This document shows positions 1-8,868 of a DNA stretch of 32,000 bases, piece after piece; the stretch's first letter is position 1; each line of letters starts with the position of its first letter. The stretch is from assembly GCA_963704755.1 (NCBI GenBank), contig OY969938.1:2460001-2492000 (forward strand), written 5' to 3'. Made by a program: the position numbers and the translations under genes. Source of the stretch: an uncultured Chloroflexia bacterium. Its GTDB lineage: Bacteria; Chloroflexota; Anaerolineae; Anaerolineales; Anaerolineaceae. The notes under the pieces are model-generated. The model was not told the origin of the DNA and made no database searches. It saw only the letters and a list, made by a program, of their open reading frames with translations.

Positions 1-1
1 T

Positions 2-1090
2 GCCCTCTCAGGGATCGGCATCCTGGACCAGCTTTTACGCGACCCGTTCGTGGAGGAAATATTCGTCCGCCAGGGACAGGTAGCGGTCGAATACGATGGT
101 GTCTTTCATTACCTGGGCAAGCTGGCCGACGACCGCTATTTCGAGGACCTGGCCATCCACGTGGCCGACCAGGGCGGCGCCACCATCCGGGGCGACCGTC
201 CGGCCGTGTTGGTCGACCTGCCGGGTGGCGAACGGTTTACCGCCATCATTCCACGACTTTCTACCGAAGGGACGGCCATCAACATCCGCACCTTTGGCCG
301 GCGGATCAAATCCCTCGAACAGATGGAACAGGCAGGAACTTTTGCGAATAGGGAAGCTTCTTTTAGCAGAGCCTGGGACCCGGTTGCCAATCCGGATGTC
401 CGCGCTCGTATTGGACAACTCAGTGAAGCTCCCGACCGGTTCCTGGCCTGGATGGCTGCCACCCTTTCGGGCAGTCTGCTGATCGCCGGGGAAATGGGCT
501 CAGGCAAGACCACTCTGCTAAATGCCCTCTCCGGGTTCTTGCCTGATTACGCACCGGTTGCAGCCCTGGAAACCTTTCGGGAGTTGGAAATCCAGCGCCC
601 ATTCCTGTTGCGCGCTATCGCGCCGGCAGAACTGCCGGCCGGTGCACCCGGCGTTACCCTGGATTGGGTTCTGAACGTGATCTACACCCGTATGAACCCG
701 GCCGCCATCCTGATCGGTGAAGTGGTGGGGCCGGAAGCGCTGCAATACCTCAAGGCCACCTGCCTGGGGAGGAAAGCACTGACCACGATCCACGGCGGGA
801 CGGTAGAACAGGCCTTGATGCGTCTGGAACAATTGGCCCTGGCCGCAGCGCCTGAGCTGGGCCTGCTGGCCATCCGCTCGATGGTCGCTTCGGGCGTCGA
901 CGTGGTTGCCCTGATGGGCCGTGTACGCAAAGGTGAGCGTGTCGAGCGATCTCTCCAGGCCATCGCAATTCTCGAAGGACTCGACGAACGTGGAGAGTAT
1001 TCCCTCAAGTACCTGTATCAAACCCAGGGGGAGAATACCGGCGTAAGGTTGGAAAACGCATTCCGGTCTTTTCAGAAGGAAGCGGCATGA
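2..1090 (+). CDS. cpaF: CpaF/TadA-type pilus-assembly ATPase (GspE/VirB11 superfamily), 5' end outside window
   Basis: The frame is open from nt 2 (ALSGIGILDQLLRDPFVEEIFVRQGQVAVEYDG...). It has Walker A GEMGSGKTTLLNAL, a Walker B-like AILIGEVVGPEAL and a His-box-like TTIHGGT. Stop TGA is at 1088-1090. Confidence 0.9.
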   Translation, partial: ALSGIGILDQLLRDPFVEEIFVRQGQVAVEYDGVFHYLGKLADDRYFEDLAIHVADQGGATIRGDRPAVLVDLPGGERFTAIIPRLSTEGTAINIRTFGRRIKSLEQMEQAGTFANREASFSRAWDPVANPDVRARIGQLSEAPDRFLAWMAATLSGSLLIAGEMGSGKTTLLNALSGFLPDYAPVAALETFRELEIQRPFLLRAIAPAELPAGAPGVTLDWVLNVIYTRMNPAAILIGEVVGPEALQYLKATCLGRKALTTIHGGTVEQALMRLEQLALAAAPELGLLAIRSMVASGVDVVALMGRVRKGERVERSLQAIAILEGLDERGEYSLKYLYQTQGENTGVRLENAFRSFQKEAA

Positions 1091-1398
1091 GATCCATCCC
1101 CTGGAGGCGTTTTTTCAAGCTGGCGGTAATTGCTTTGCTCGTGGCAATTATTGCCAGCTGCCTGGTTTTCGTCTTCATCAAGGTCAACCAGCCCATATTG
1201 GGGTTATTAGCACCACATCCATATCCGGTGCGTGCGTCTTTCGGGGAACTATGTACTGTTTTCACATTTCGCCGGTTTTCTGACACGTCTTTGTCGATCC
1301 AGCTAACCACTTCCAAAAGAAGCCCGGCCCATAATCGGAAATCCAACCCAGGGAATTTTCAACTCCTTTTATTGAGGGGCACATATGAACCGTTTTAG
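1087..1398 (+). CDS. Hypothetical small membrane protein (uncertain)
   Basis: The ATG overlaps the cpaF stop (ATGA). The N-terminus is strongly hydrophobic (FFKLAVIALLVAIIASCLVFVFI). The 3' half has lower GC and non-protein-like composition and overlaps the tadB start, so this may instead be an intergenic region. Confidence 0.3.
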   Translation: MRSIPWRRFFKLAVIALLVAIIASCLVFVFIKVNQPILGLLAPHPYPVRASFGELCTVFTFRRFSDTSLSIQLTTSKRSPAHNRKSNPGNFQLLLLRGTYEPF

Positions 1399-2272
1399 CC
1401 TGCTCCTGAACCTCGCTTTTGCCCTGCTGGTCGCCGGCGTGGCATTGATGAGCTCCGGAATACTTGGCGGAACCATCGAGCTGGTTACGAAATTATGGCA
1501 GCGGGTCTTCAAGAGATGGACGCAGGGTAAACTGCAGGATCTGGGGATGGTACGGAATGCGGGCAGTAAAAACGATACTCCCATCGATTGGAAACCCTTG
1601 GTCCTTATCCTCACAATCCCCGTTCTGGCCATATGGGTTCACGATTTCTTGTTATCCCCCCTGGTGATCTTGATAGGTGGCCTGGGCGTTTTCTGGATGC
1701 GTTTTCAAGCTCGGCAGGCGGACAAGAACCGCGTCAACGAGGACGCCGAGATGGCCTCTTTACAGTTGAGGTCGCTCCTGGAAGTCGATCATTCCTTGCT
1801 AAGTGCCATCCAGAGTATCGATTTGCCGGTAGGAACCATGAAAAAGGCCTTCGCAGAACTGGCAAACCGGCTGCAGATGCGCCAGCCGCCCGACCAGGCG
1901 GTCCAACCTCTGCGCGTCTTACCCGGGAAAGTCACCGCCCGGCTGGGGGTCTTGATCGCCAACAGCGCACACATCACGGAAGACCTGCAGTCCGCGCTGT
2001 TGAAGGAACTGGAGAGGGAAACTCACCGGCAGAAGCTGATCCGGTCCAAAATCCGCGAGACCCTGGCGCTGGTGCGGGGGACGGTCCGCCTGCTGCAGGG
2101 CGTGGTTGCCACGGCCATCGGGTTTGTCCTGCTCTCGCCGGATTGGCGCAACTTCTTTTTGCAGGATACCTCCCACCGTGTGCTGCTGACCACCCTGATC
2201 CTCTGCGCGATTTTGGCCAGCCTGTATTTCGAATTCGAAATCTACCAGTTGAGCAGTGGCGAGGGTTTCTGA
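1385..2272 (+). CDS. tadB: TadB-like type II secretion system F-family inner-membrane platform protein
   Basis: The ORF is 295 aa, with GAGGGG 6-7 nt upstream of the ATG. It has an N-terminal TM, a central soluble helical region and C-terminal TMs. It sits directly after cpaF as in Tad loci. The stop overlaps the next start (TGATG). Confidence 0.8.
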   Translation: MNRFSLLLNLAFALLVAGVALMSSGILGGTIELVTKLWQRVFKRWTQGKLQDLGMVRNAGSKNDTPIDWKPLVLILTIPVLAIWVHDFLLSPLVILIGGLGVFWMRFQARQADKNRVNEDAEMASLQLRSLLEVDHSLLSAIQSIDLPVGTMKKAFAELANRLQMRQPPDQAVQPLRVLPGKVTARLGVLIANSAHITEDLQSALLKELERETHRQKLIRSKIRETLALVRGTVRLLQGVVATAIGFVLLSPDWRNFFLQDTSHRVLLTTLILCAILASLYFEFEIYQLSSGEGF

Positions 2273-3111
2273 TGGAATCCATTCCGCTTTTCATTGGAGC
2301 ATCCCTGGCCATCGGCGCCGGCCTGATCACTCATGCCCTGGCCTCAACACTTTTCGAGTGGGGCAAACGTTGGACACGCCTGCGTGCCTCCCGGCGCAAT
2401 CGCCTGGTTGCCCTGGGATTCTCCCAGAAGAAAGCCGGCCCGGGTCTTCCCGAAGAAATCGAAACAGGTCTGGCAGGGTTTTCCTGGACCAATCTCTATG
2501 CCATTTCTGCTTTGCTGGGGCTGGCCGGGTTCGCATTCCTTGGATCCGCCGTTTCCTGGGCCCGCTTTGTATTCTTGTCTTTTCCCTTATTGTCCTGGGC
2601 ACTCCGGCGCTACCTGGTGCACCAGCAGCGCCGTTTTCTGCCCGGGCAGGTGCGCCAGTTACTGATCGACGTTCGCATCCACATGAGCCTGGCCAGCTCG
2701 CTGTTACTTGGCCTTGAAAATATTTCTCGGACGACCCAGGAGACATCCGCCCCCTACCGGCAACTTGGCAAATGCCTGGCTGGTGGACTGGCCAGGAGCG
2801 GGGTGGACGTCATCCAATCCCTGGCGTCCTCTCTCCAATCCCCACACCTGCAGCGGGTCTACCAACGCATCCTGGCCGCCCAACAATCAACCGGTGTGGC
2901 CGGCATCGACCAGGCCCTGGCCGGCGCCATCGATGAGCTCAACGAGGAAATCCAGGCCGAAAGTGAGGAGCAAATCCAGCACCTGCCGCTGAAAATCACG
3001 CTGCTAGCCACCCCTTTCCTGCTCGGTCCCATCGTCATCTTGTTGTTCTATCCGCTGGTCGACCGCATCCTCAAAACGCTGGCCGGGACCGCGATCGGCG
3101 GCGGTTTCTAA
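2272..3111 (+). CDS. tadC: TadC-like type II secretion system F-family platform protein
   Basis: The ATG at 2272 is in the frame of the long ORF 1588-3111. The product is 279 aa (MESIPLFIGASLAIGAGLI...) with TM segments at both ends and a helical middle. The upstream part of that ORF overlaps tadB and looks like out-of-frame junk. Confidence 0.8.
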   Translation: MESIPLFIGASLAIGAGLITHALASTLFEWGKRWTRLRASRRNRLVALGFSQKKAGPGLPEEIETGLAGFSWTNLYAISALLGLAGFAFLGSAVSWARFVFLSFPLLSWALRRYLVHQQRRFLPGQVRQLLIDVRIHMSLASSLLLGLENISRTTQETSAPYRQLGKCLAGGLARSGVDVIQSLASSLQSPHLQRVYQRILAAQQSTGVAGIDQALAGAIDELNEEIQAESEEQIQHLPLKITLLATPFLLGPIVILLFYPLVDRILKTLAGTAIGGGF

Positions 3112-3136
3112 CCCAATTTCTCTACGGAGGTCTGTC

Positions 3137-3307
3137 TTGTTATCTGATCGGAAAGCATCGGAAATCCCGCAATTTGTGGTGGTGCTGGCCATCGTGGTCG
3201 TGCTCGGCGCGGTGGCGGTGTGGGGCATCCTGACCAATATTGGCGCCCAAGGGAATAATGTCGCTACCTGGATCGAGAGTATTGCGGTCCCGGCTGCCCA
3301 TCCATAA
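3137..3307 (+). CDS. Small Flp-like pilin/pseudopilin candidate with non-canonical leader
   Basis: TTG start lies 6 nt after GGAGG (3126-3130). The product is 56 aa: LLSDRKASEIPQFVVVLAIVVVLGAVAVWGILTN... It has one hydrophobic helix as in Flp pilins. However, the junction is A|SEIPQF rather than G|xxxxEY. This ORF is not in the supplied track. Confidence 0.45.
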   Translation: MLSDRKASEIPQFVVVLAIVVVLGAVAVWGILTNIGAQGNNVATWIESIAVPAAHP

Positions 3308-3362
3308 ACTCCATCGTTTTTCGTTCATGCGTCAATTTATTCGGATATTCAAAGGAGGTCAA

Positions 3363-3509
3363 ATGCTCCATGACCGCAATGGACAGGCTATCGCCGAATA
3401 CATCGTCATCCTGGCGCTGCTGATCGCGCTGGTAGGTGGGGCGCTCTGGCAGATCTTTGTCACCTTGCAGGGGCAGTTCAACAATGTCAACACGGAACTG
3501 GGTTCCTGA
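3363..3509 (+). CDS. flp: Flp-family type IVb pilin
   Basis: ATG is preceded by AAAGGAGG. The product is 48 aa: MLHDRNGQAIAEYIVILALLIALVGGALWQIF... It carries the classic Flp processing motif G|QAIAEY followed by a hydrophobic helix. Confidence 0.85.
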   Translation: MLHDRNGQAIAEYIVILALLIALVGGALWQIFVTLQGQFNNVNTELGS

Positions 3510-3927
3510 AAACCGGGAGAGCGGCCAGGCCGCGGTCGAAGCCCTGCTGGTGGTCATGCTCATGGCTTTGCTGATATTTGGTGGGATCGAACTTAGCCAG
3601 GGGGTAGCCGTTCGCCAGGCGTTGGACAGCGGCACCGCAGCAGCTGCCCGGGCCCTGTCCCTCGATCCCGGGCAGTGGACGTTTGCCAGCGGTATCATCC
3701 AGCAGTCGCTGGATCAAAATGTGATGGGCCGGCAAGTGGCGGTAACCCTCAAGGTGTACGACTCGGCCGGCACGACGCGCACTGCGGCCTGGCTGGCGGG
3801 GAGTGCTTTCGGTACGGCCTTTATCCTGGAGGCCTCGGCTCCCTTCGACGCCGACATCCCCTTTCTGGAGAACGGCCCGGTCACGATCCGGGTGCGGCAT
3901 TGGGGGATCGTGGAGCGCTACCCGTGA
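3484..3927 (+). CDS. tadE: TadE-like pseudopilin
   Basis: An internal ATG of ORF 3436-3927 gives an N-terminus of ...ENRESGQAAVEALLVVMLMALLIFGGIELSQ, which matches the TadE-type GQAAVE + hydrophobic helix. It overlaps the flp 3' end, and its stop overlaps the next start (GTGA). Confidence 0.75.
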   Translation: MSTRNWVPENRESGQAAVEALLVVMLMALLIFGGIELSQGVAVRQALDSGTAAAARALSLDPGQWTFASGIIQQSLDQNVMGRQVAVTLKVYDSAGTTRTAAWLAGSAFGTAFILEASAPFDADIPFLENGPVTIRVRHWGIVERYP

Positions 3928-4424
3928 TCACCGACCGCAGGGCACAAACTGCTGCCTGGGGATTGCTGGCGACGCTGCTTTTTGTTATCGTAGCCGGCGG
4001 ACTGGTGGACGTCTACCGCCTGTTCGCCGCCCGCAACTGGGCTTATAGCGTGGCCCAGGAAGCTGCCCTGGCCGGCGCGTCCAGGGGTAGGGACTGGTCC
4101 TCGGTTGGCGAGAGCAGTGACATCCGCCTGGTGGAAACGACCGCCCAAACCACCGCTGAGAACCTGGTGGCTACCGAAATGGATGCCCGTGGAATTAGCG
4201 ATTACGCGATGGATGTGCGTGTCTTGCCCAATCCCGGAGGTGGGACGGTCGCCGGCTATCCACCCAAATCTGTGCGATTAGGAGAAGGTCTTGGGGATTG
4301 GAGCAGCAGCGAGCCGGCCGTGGGCGTCTACCTGGAAATCCCGGTGAATTGGCTACTGCTAGACAGACTGGGGATCACGGGTAAAACAGTTTCCGCCTTT
4401 GCTGCCGCCGGGGTGGCGCAATGA
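3924..4424 (+). CDS. TadG/TadE-family pilus assembly protein (TadG-like N-terminal helix)
   Basis: GTG start at 3924. The product reads VITDRRAQTAAWGLLATLLFVIVAGGLVDVYRLFAARNWAYSVAQEAALAGAS, which fits the TadG-like N-terminal pattern. The upstream part of ORF 3675-4424 overlaps tadE out of frame. Confidence 0.7.
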   Translation: MITDRRAQTAAWGLLATLLFVIVAGGLVDVYRLFAARNWAYSVAQEAALAGASRGRDWSSVGESSDIRLVETTAQTTAENLVATEMDARGISDYAMDVRVLPNPGGGTVAGYPPKSVRLGEGLGDWSSSEPAVGVYLEIPVNWLLLDRLGITGKTVSAFAAAGVAQ

Positions 4425-6316
4425 AACGGAAAGGAACGCGGACCATCATCGCCGCCTTTCTGGCAGTCTCGTTGGCGATGCTGTCCACCTGGCCGGTCTC
4501 GGCTCACGAAGCGCACCCCACCTCCGGGGATCCCCATGCGCCGGCTCACAACGAGGACCGCTCACCGGGTTTCACTTACAGCGGCTGGGTCGCGCCCTAC
4601 ACTGGCTATTTCAGCATCTATGAGCAGGGCGGCATCCCCCAGATCCGTTTCACCGTGACCTTGAGTCGCTTGGGGGGCGGATCCGGTGGTGGGAGCTACC
4701 AGGCCACCTGGTATCCCAACACCTCCGGCCTCAACCGCTTCGACACCCCTATCCGCATCATCGCCGGGGAGAAATACAACATCACCGTCTATGAACAGGA
4801 AGTCGAGGGCAACCACAGCGGCTGGTATGAGGGCGAAGGCTGGCTGCCACCGCGGGTGGTCAACCTGGATGGCAGCGACGTCGAGTGTGGCGTCGGCAAT
4901 CACCCCTTCAACAGCATCATGGTCGCTATGGGCGGGTCGGCCCGCTTCCTCTCCTGGAACGTCTTTAGCATCTACAATGCCATCCTCAACGACATGACCT
5001 CCCGCAACCCTTCCATGGGGAAGGACAACGTGACCGCCTTCATCATCAAGCCCCCTTCGGTTTCCTGGGGAAATAATTCCCTGGGTGTGCAGTGCTGGGG
5101 AGACAATACCCAGTTCGACGGGGATTGGGTCTATCACGGGACGGCCTACTCGGATGATATCGACTTCGAGGACTTCACGATGGTGTGGGCCTACAACCCG
5201 ACCAATGTAAGCGTCCCCACTGTGCAGGTACAGATCAACTCGGCGAGTACGGATTACGGCGCCAACGAGCTAGCCGGCTACGTCGTTTCCTGGAAGAGCT
5301 CCAACGTCACGAGCTGCAGCGGGTCGGGCAGCCTGGCCGGCAAGACCCAGCTCAACGGACAGGTTACCATCAGCAGACAGCCGGCGGGGACCTACGAGTA
5401 CACGATGACTTGTTCCAACGGTGCAACGTCGGTGAAGGATACCCGCAAGGCCACCATCTATGCCCTTCCGGCTGTTAGCGTGACGGTGGACAATTCACAC
5501 GGCCCTCCGCCTTATTCGGCCCCGGCCGGCTACACGGTACGCTGGAGTGGTTCCAAAGGAGCGGTGAGCTGCTCGGGCCAGGATGGATTGGCCGGGCGAT
5601 CAGGCCTGAGCGGATCACTGAACCTGTCCGGCATGAACGCCGGTACCTACACCTACACGATGACCTGCAACAACGGTCATGGAGCATCTGCAACGGATAA
5701 AGTCATCGTGACAATTCTGGACCCACCCACGGTGGACGTGAAGGTGAACGGCCAGGATGGTCCGTTGACCCTGCCCTCGCCGGCGGCGTACATGGTTAGT
5801 TGGAACAGCACGCACGCCAGCTCGTGCCAGGCGAAGGACGACCTAAGCGGGACCATCGGGGTCAATGGTGAACAAAATTACTCCAACGTTTCTCCAGGGA
5901 CTTACTCCTACACGGTTAGCTGCACCAACGGAGTTCGAACAGTGCAGGACTCGGCTCAGGTGCAGGTGGTCGATCCGCTGCGAGGAACGATTTCGGCAGC
6001 ATATGCAAAATTGGTTCTATATTCATCCGAAGTGGACCAGTCGGCCCAGACCTTATCGGGAACCGTCCGGGGAGGAGAGACACCCTATTCGATCGTCGTG
6101 CACGTGCGGGCACCTTCCGGGCAAGTGACGAACTATTCCAGGAAAGGTGCTACCTGGAATATCTCACCTGAGGACACCGGCGATCCTGATTTTGGTACCA
6201 CGGAGCTAGGCACCTGGATAGCCTGGGCAGAAGTGAAAGACCAGTTGGGACAAAACTACCAGACTGGTAGCGTGACCTGGGAAGTGGATTGGTACCCGGT
6301 GCATGGCCTGCCGTAG
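4421..6316 (+). CDS. Secreted 631-aa protein with three tandem ~85-aa Cys-pair (Ig-like?) domains; function unknown
   Basis: It overlaps the upstream gene by ATGA. The N-terminus is signal-peptide-like (MKRKGTRTIIAAFLAVSLAMLSTWPVSAHEA). GC3-rich codon usage resembles the neighbours. Three tandem repeats are described in the next feature. Confidence 0.85.
   Translation: MKRKGTRTIIAAFLAVSLAMLSTWPVSAHEAHPTSGDPHAPAHNEDRSPGFTYSGWVAPYTGYFSIYEQGGIPQIRFTVTLSRLGGGSGGGSYQATWYPNTSGLNRFDTPIRIIAGEKYNITVYEQEVEGNHSGWYEGEGWLPPRVVNLDGSDVECGVGNHPFNSIMVAMGGSARFLSWNVFSIYNAILNDMTSRNPSMGKDNVTAFIIKPPSVSWGNNSLGVQCWGDNTQFDGDWVYHGTAYSDDIDFEDFTMVWAYNPTNVSVPTVQVQINSASTDYGANELAGYVVSWKSSNVTSCSGSGSLAGKTQLNGQVTISRQPAGTYEYTMTCSNGATSVKDTRKATIYALPAVSVTVDNSHGPPPYSAPAGYTVRWSGSKGAVSCSGQDGLAGRSGLSGSLNLSGMNAGTYTYTMTCNNGHGASATDKVIVTILDPPTVDVKVNGQDGPLTLPSPAAYMVSWNSTHASSCQAKDDLSGTIGVNGEQNYSNVSPGTYSYTVSCTNGVRTVQDSAQVQVVDPLRGTISAAYAKLVLYSSEVDQSAQTLSGTVRGGETPYSIVVHVRAPSGQVTNYSRKGATWNISPEDTGDPDFGTTELGTWIAWAEVKDQLGQNYQTGSVTWEVDWYPVHGLP
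5216..5979 (+). repeat. Three tandem protein-domain repeats (~255 nt each) inside the secreted protein
   Basis: R1 is PTVQVQINS...AGYVVSWKSSNVTSCSGSGSLAGKTQLNGQVTISRQPAGTYEYTMTCSNG. R2 is PAVSVTVDN...AGYTVRWSGSKGAVSCSGQDGLAGRSGLSGSLNLSGMNAGTYTYTMTCNNG. R3 is PTVDVKVNG...AAYMVSWNSTHASSCQAKDDLSGTIGVNGEQNYSNVSPGTYSYTVSCTNG. Confidence 0.85.
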
Positions 6317-6357
6317 TTACCACTTTACCATCAAAGTCTTTTAGATTGGGAAAATCT

Positions 6358-6918
6358 ATGGAAAATTATTTGTTCCTACCCGTTCTGGTATGGCTGGGGA
6401 TCCTTTCTTGGTTCGACCTCCGCAAAAACGAAATTCCTCACAGCGCCTGGGTGGTGATCCCCCTGATTTTGGCCATCATTTACCGGGGGCTGTCCGGAGG
6501 CTGGTCACTGGCAGTTCTGGCGGTTGTGGCTGCGATCGTGAGTGAACGGGAGTGGATATCTAAGTTGCTTCATGTTCAGGGGATGGCAGCTATAAAATTT
6601 TGGGTGCCTTTCTTACTGGCGGCATTATGGTGGGCCGTTCCTGCCAATCCAATTGCCGGCCTGGCAATCCCGGCCTTCTGGGCTGCATGGGAATTGGGCT
6701 GGTGGGGTGGGGCGGATGCAGTTAGCGCGACTGTTCTTTGCTTGATCTGGCCAGTGAATACATTTTTCTTAGTGTTTTTAGCTTGTCACGTCATCAGTGT
6801 TATGGGAGTAATGGCATTCACTCACATAAAATGGCGAAATTTTGAGTCGCATCGCCTGCCTGGGTTACTTATTCTATTCTTGGTAGCAATCTGTACATCA
6901 ATTTGTCTATATATTTAA
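6358..6918 (+). CDS. tadV: A24-family prepilin peptidase, short TadV/CpaA type
   Basis: The product is 186 aa and polytopic. The first Asp motif is WFDLRKNEIP and the second is WWGGADAVSATVL, matching the two catalytic Asp motifs of A24 peptidases. There is no methyltransferase extension. GC drops towards the 3' end. Confidence 0.75.
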   Translation: MENYLFLPVLVWLGILSWFDLRKNEIPHSAWVVIPLILAIIYRGLSGGWSLAVLAVVAAIVSEREWISKLLHVQGMAAIKFWVPFLLAALWWAVPANPIAGLAIPAFWAAWELGWWGGADAVSATVLCLIWPVNTFFLVFLACHVISVMGVMAFTHIKWRNFESHRLPGLLILFLVAICTSICLYI

Positions 6919-7289
6919 GCCATAAGGCAATTTCATTAGTCTGCACACCTCTTGGACCTCACCAACACACAAAATCATGACTAATCTTCCCAAATCGCCC
7001 AGACATATCCCTATCATCTACCTGTGGTCTCCTTTTGGCGGTTTACCATTTCTTCTAATTTGCCTATGCAATGATGGTGTGGAACTTGTTGGATAACTAG
7101 AACACCGTGCAGTTTACCCGAATTCAGCTCGACAACCTGGGTAGTGAAATAACCTTTCAGAACATTATCCCCTTTTAATTAGTATTAACCTTATCCAGGA
7201 CGATTGGCCTTACTAAATGCTTTTCGGATACCATGAATCGCATTGGTTATTTTCACCCGATGAGGATCTAAATACTCTTTGCTCGTTTT

Positions 7290-7505
7290 TTATTGTAGTT
7301 CTTCCAACGCAATCACCAATTCACTCAATATCTCAGATGCTGTGAAATTCTCATAGATTGCATCCTGTAGAGGTTGGGTAGTTTCTTTTTCATCATGATC
7401 TCTGGTATTGACATCAGTTCTTCCGCATATATGAATTCTCTTATACTCGTCCTGTCGCATGGATAAGTAATTTAAGTGAATACTTCTGACCTGATACGAA
7501 TCCAT
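7290..7505 (-). CDS. Hypothetical 71-aa protein
   Basis: An ORF in AT-rich DNA, 9 nt downstream of the immunity-like gene on the same strand. No motif was recognised. Confidence 0.35.
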   Translation of the reverse strand: MDSYQVRSIHLNYLSMRQDEYKRIHICGRTDVNTRDHDEKETTQPLQDAIYENFTASEILSELVIALEELQ

Positions 7506-7514
7506 TAATGTTGA

Positions 7515-7976
7515 TCAATCTATAGTGCCTTTTTTATATCTTTCCAACATGTTCGATACTCGTATGGCCTCGATCTTTTTTATTTTCTCTTTCATTGTTA
7601 AATCTCCTTGCAACAGAGGTGTGCAATATTGCCTAAGCATAAAGGCTACTCTTTTTAGTTGAGCTTCAACGGCTTCATCCCAACTGACAGTATCAGTCTG
7701 TGTATAAAAAATATAGGGAACTTCTGATGGTGAAAAATAGTGAATAACATCGGTAAACTCAAGCCATTTCTCTTTGATCTCTTTCTGATCCCCTATAGTA
7801 AGCAATACCTGATTCTTGTCTATAACGATTTCAATTCCTATCTCAGGTGATATAAATGTTATAAGTGTATTTCCCATAATTTGAGGATCAAATTCTTTCT
7901 GTTCAATATGGAAACCGAATTCTAAAATTAAGTAATTAAAATATTGGATTACCAAGTCGGATCTATCACTCATCAT
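7515..7976 (-). CDS. Putative immunity protein for the orphan Rhs C-terminal toxin
   Basis: The ORF is 153 aa and starts 3 nt after the orphan toxin stop (TAATGATG junction), which is the classic immunity slot. It has no signal peptide. A decayed paralog lies at 11268-11725. Confidence 0.6.
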   Translation of the reverse strand: MMSDRSDLVIQYFNYLILEFGFHIEQKEFDPQIMGNTLITFISPEIGIEIVIDKNQVLLTIGDQKEIKEKWLEFTDVIHYFSPSEVPYIFYTQTDTVSWDEAVEAQLKRVAFMLRQYCTPLLQGDLTMKEKIKKIEAIRVSNMLERYKKGTID

Positions 7977-7978
7977 TA

Positions 7979-8758
7979 TTACTCCGGTTTTGCAAGCTTA
8001 TATAAATAGGAAAAATTCGCTGTAGCACGGTAGCCAATACTATACAAGTAATCCAATTCTTTAGCAAAACCACTTCCCGGGACTGCTTTGGAAATTGGAG
8101 ATGCTATTCGGAACACGTCACCTCTGATATCAGCTTCCTGTAACCATTGTTTATTTCTCTCCCATTGTTCTTCGGGATTCATTGTATTCCAGACCCTCAT
8201 AGATGTGTTAAGGAAATTTCCACCTGTTCTTTCGGCAAGATATTTATTTTCAGGAAATCTTCCAATAATGGTTACGATTCTATTTGTTGCTCCTTCTGTT
8301 TGTGGTAGAGCTTCTTCAACTGCTGGTAATACTTCTTGCGCGGCTTGCCCAAGATCCTGAATCTCTCCCACGCACATATCCCCTTGACAGGCTGTATTGG
8401 CTGCTTCAGCCACTCCAGCAGCAGTTACGCCTGCAGCAGTTGCTTCAGCAGCAGAAACTCCTGCTGCCCATCCTATCCCTGTTCCAATCAAAGCTCCTGC
8501 AACAGCACCTCCACCAGCTGCAAGAAGCATGTGCCCCGTATTGAATTCAGTGCCGGTTGCAACTGTGTACGCCGTATATCCAACTGCACCTACGATTGCA
8601 CCGACTGCTCCGCCGATTACAGCTGTTAAACAAAGGGGACAGTGCCCTGTTGGATCATTGTACCTTAGAGGATTTTCATATACGTAAGCATAGCGATCAA
8701 GCTCAAGAGGGTTTCGAATACCGGGCACAATAGTATCGGCTTGTATAAATCGACCCAA
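7979..8758 (-). pseudogene. Orphan, 5'-truncated Rhs C-terminal toxin cassette (alternative toxin tip)
   Basis: The translation begins inside the Rhs core end: (A)LGRFIQADTIVPGIRNPLELDRYAYVYENPLRYNDPTGHCPLCL... There is no ATG, and the frame is closed by TAA five codons upstream. The first ~130 aa are near-identical to the main Rhs gene. The last ~125 aa are unrelated (NRIVTIIGRFPENKYLAERTGGNFLN...). Confidence 0.8.
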
Positions 8759-8763
8759 TGCCG
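8371..8763. repeat. 393-bp direct repeat, copy A (orphan cassette)
   Basis: It aligns without gaps to 12718-13110 at an offset of 4347 nt. I counted 19 mismatches by hand, only ~6 of them in the 300 nt nearest 8763. Homology stops abruptly after ...CCCAATGCCG. Confidence 0.9.
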
Positions 8764-8868
8764 ATCGCTTATCTTAACCGGATAATTCTCCTCCCTAATG
8801 GTTAGAATACCTCCTGGGCGTAGAATGAGGATACCAGTCCAAAATTCTGCTGCTCAGGAGGTGTCCTC

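Noticed and set aside
1588-2271. 5' extension of the 507-aa ORF (METLGPYPHNPRSG...)
   Set aside because: It overlaps tadB in another frame and has a Pro/Arg/Gly-rich, non-protein-like composition. The real tadC start is the ATG at 2272, coupled to the tadB stop.
7194-7289. Frame stays open for 32 codons past the TAA of the 71-aa ORF (…ELQ*KTSKEYLDPHRVKITNAIHGIRKAFSKANRPG*)
   Set aside because: The stretch is short enough to occur by chance in this DNA and no homology was recognised. I note it only as a weak hint that this small gene may be a truncated remnant.
6919-7289. Search for a tRNA/tmRNA gene or att-type direct repeats at the island borders (also 22084-22540)
   Set aside because: I could not recognise any cloverleaf-compatible sequence or matching border repeats by eye. 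A computational scan could still find short repeats.
8284-8687. Plus-strand ORFs rich in Q/L, C/S or A/P/T (also 12685-13034)
   Set aside because: They are antisense to the Gly/Ala-rich block of the Rhs C-terminal regions. The low-complexity mirror translation recurs in both repeat copies only because the DNA is repeated.
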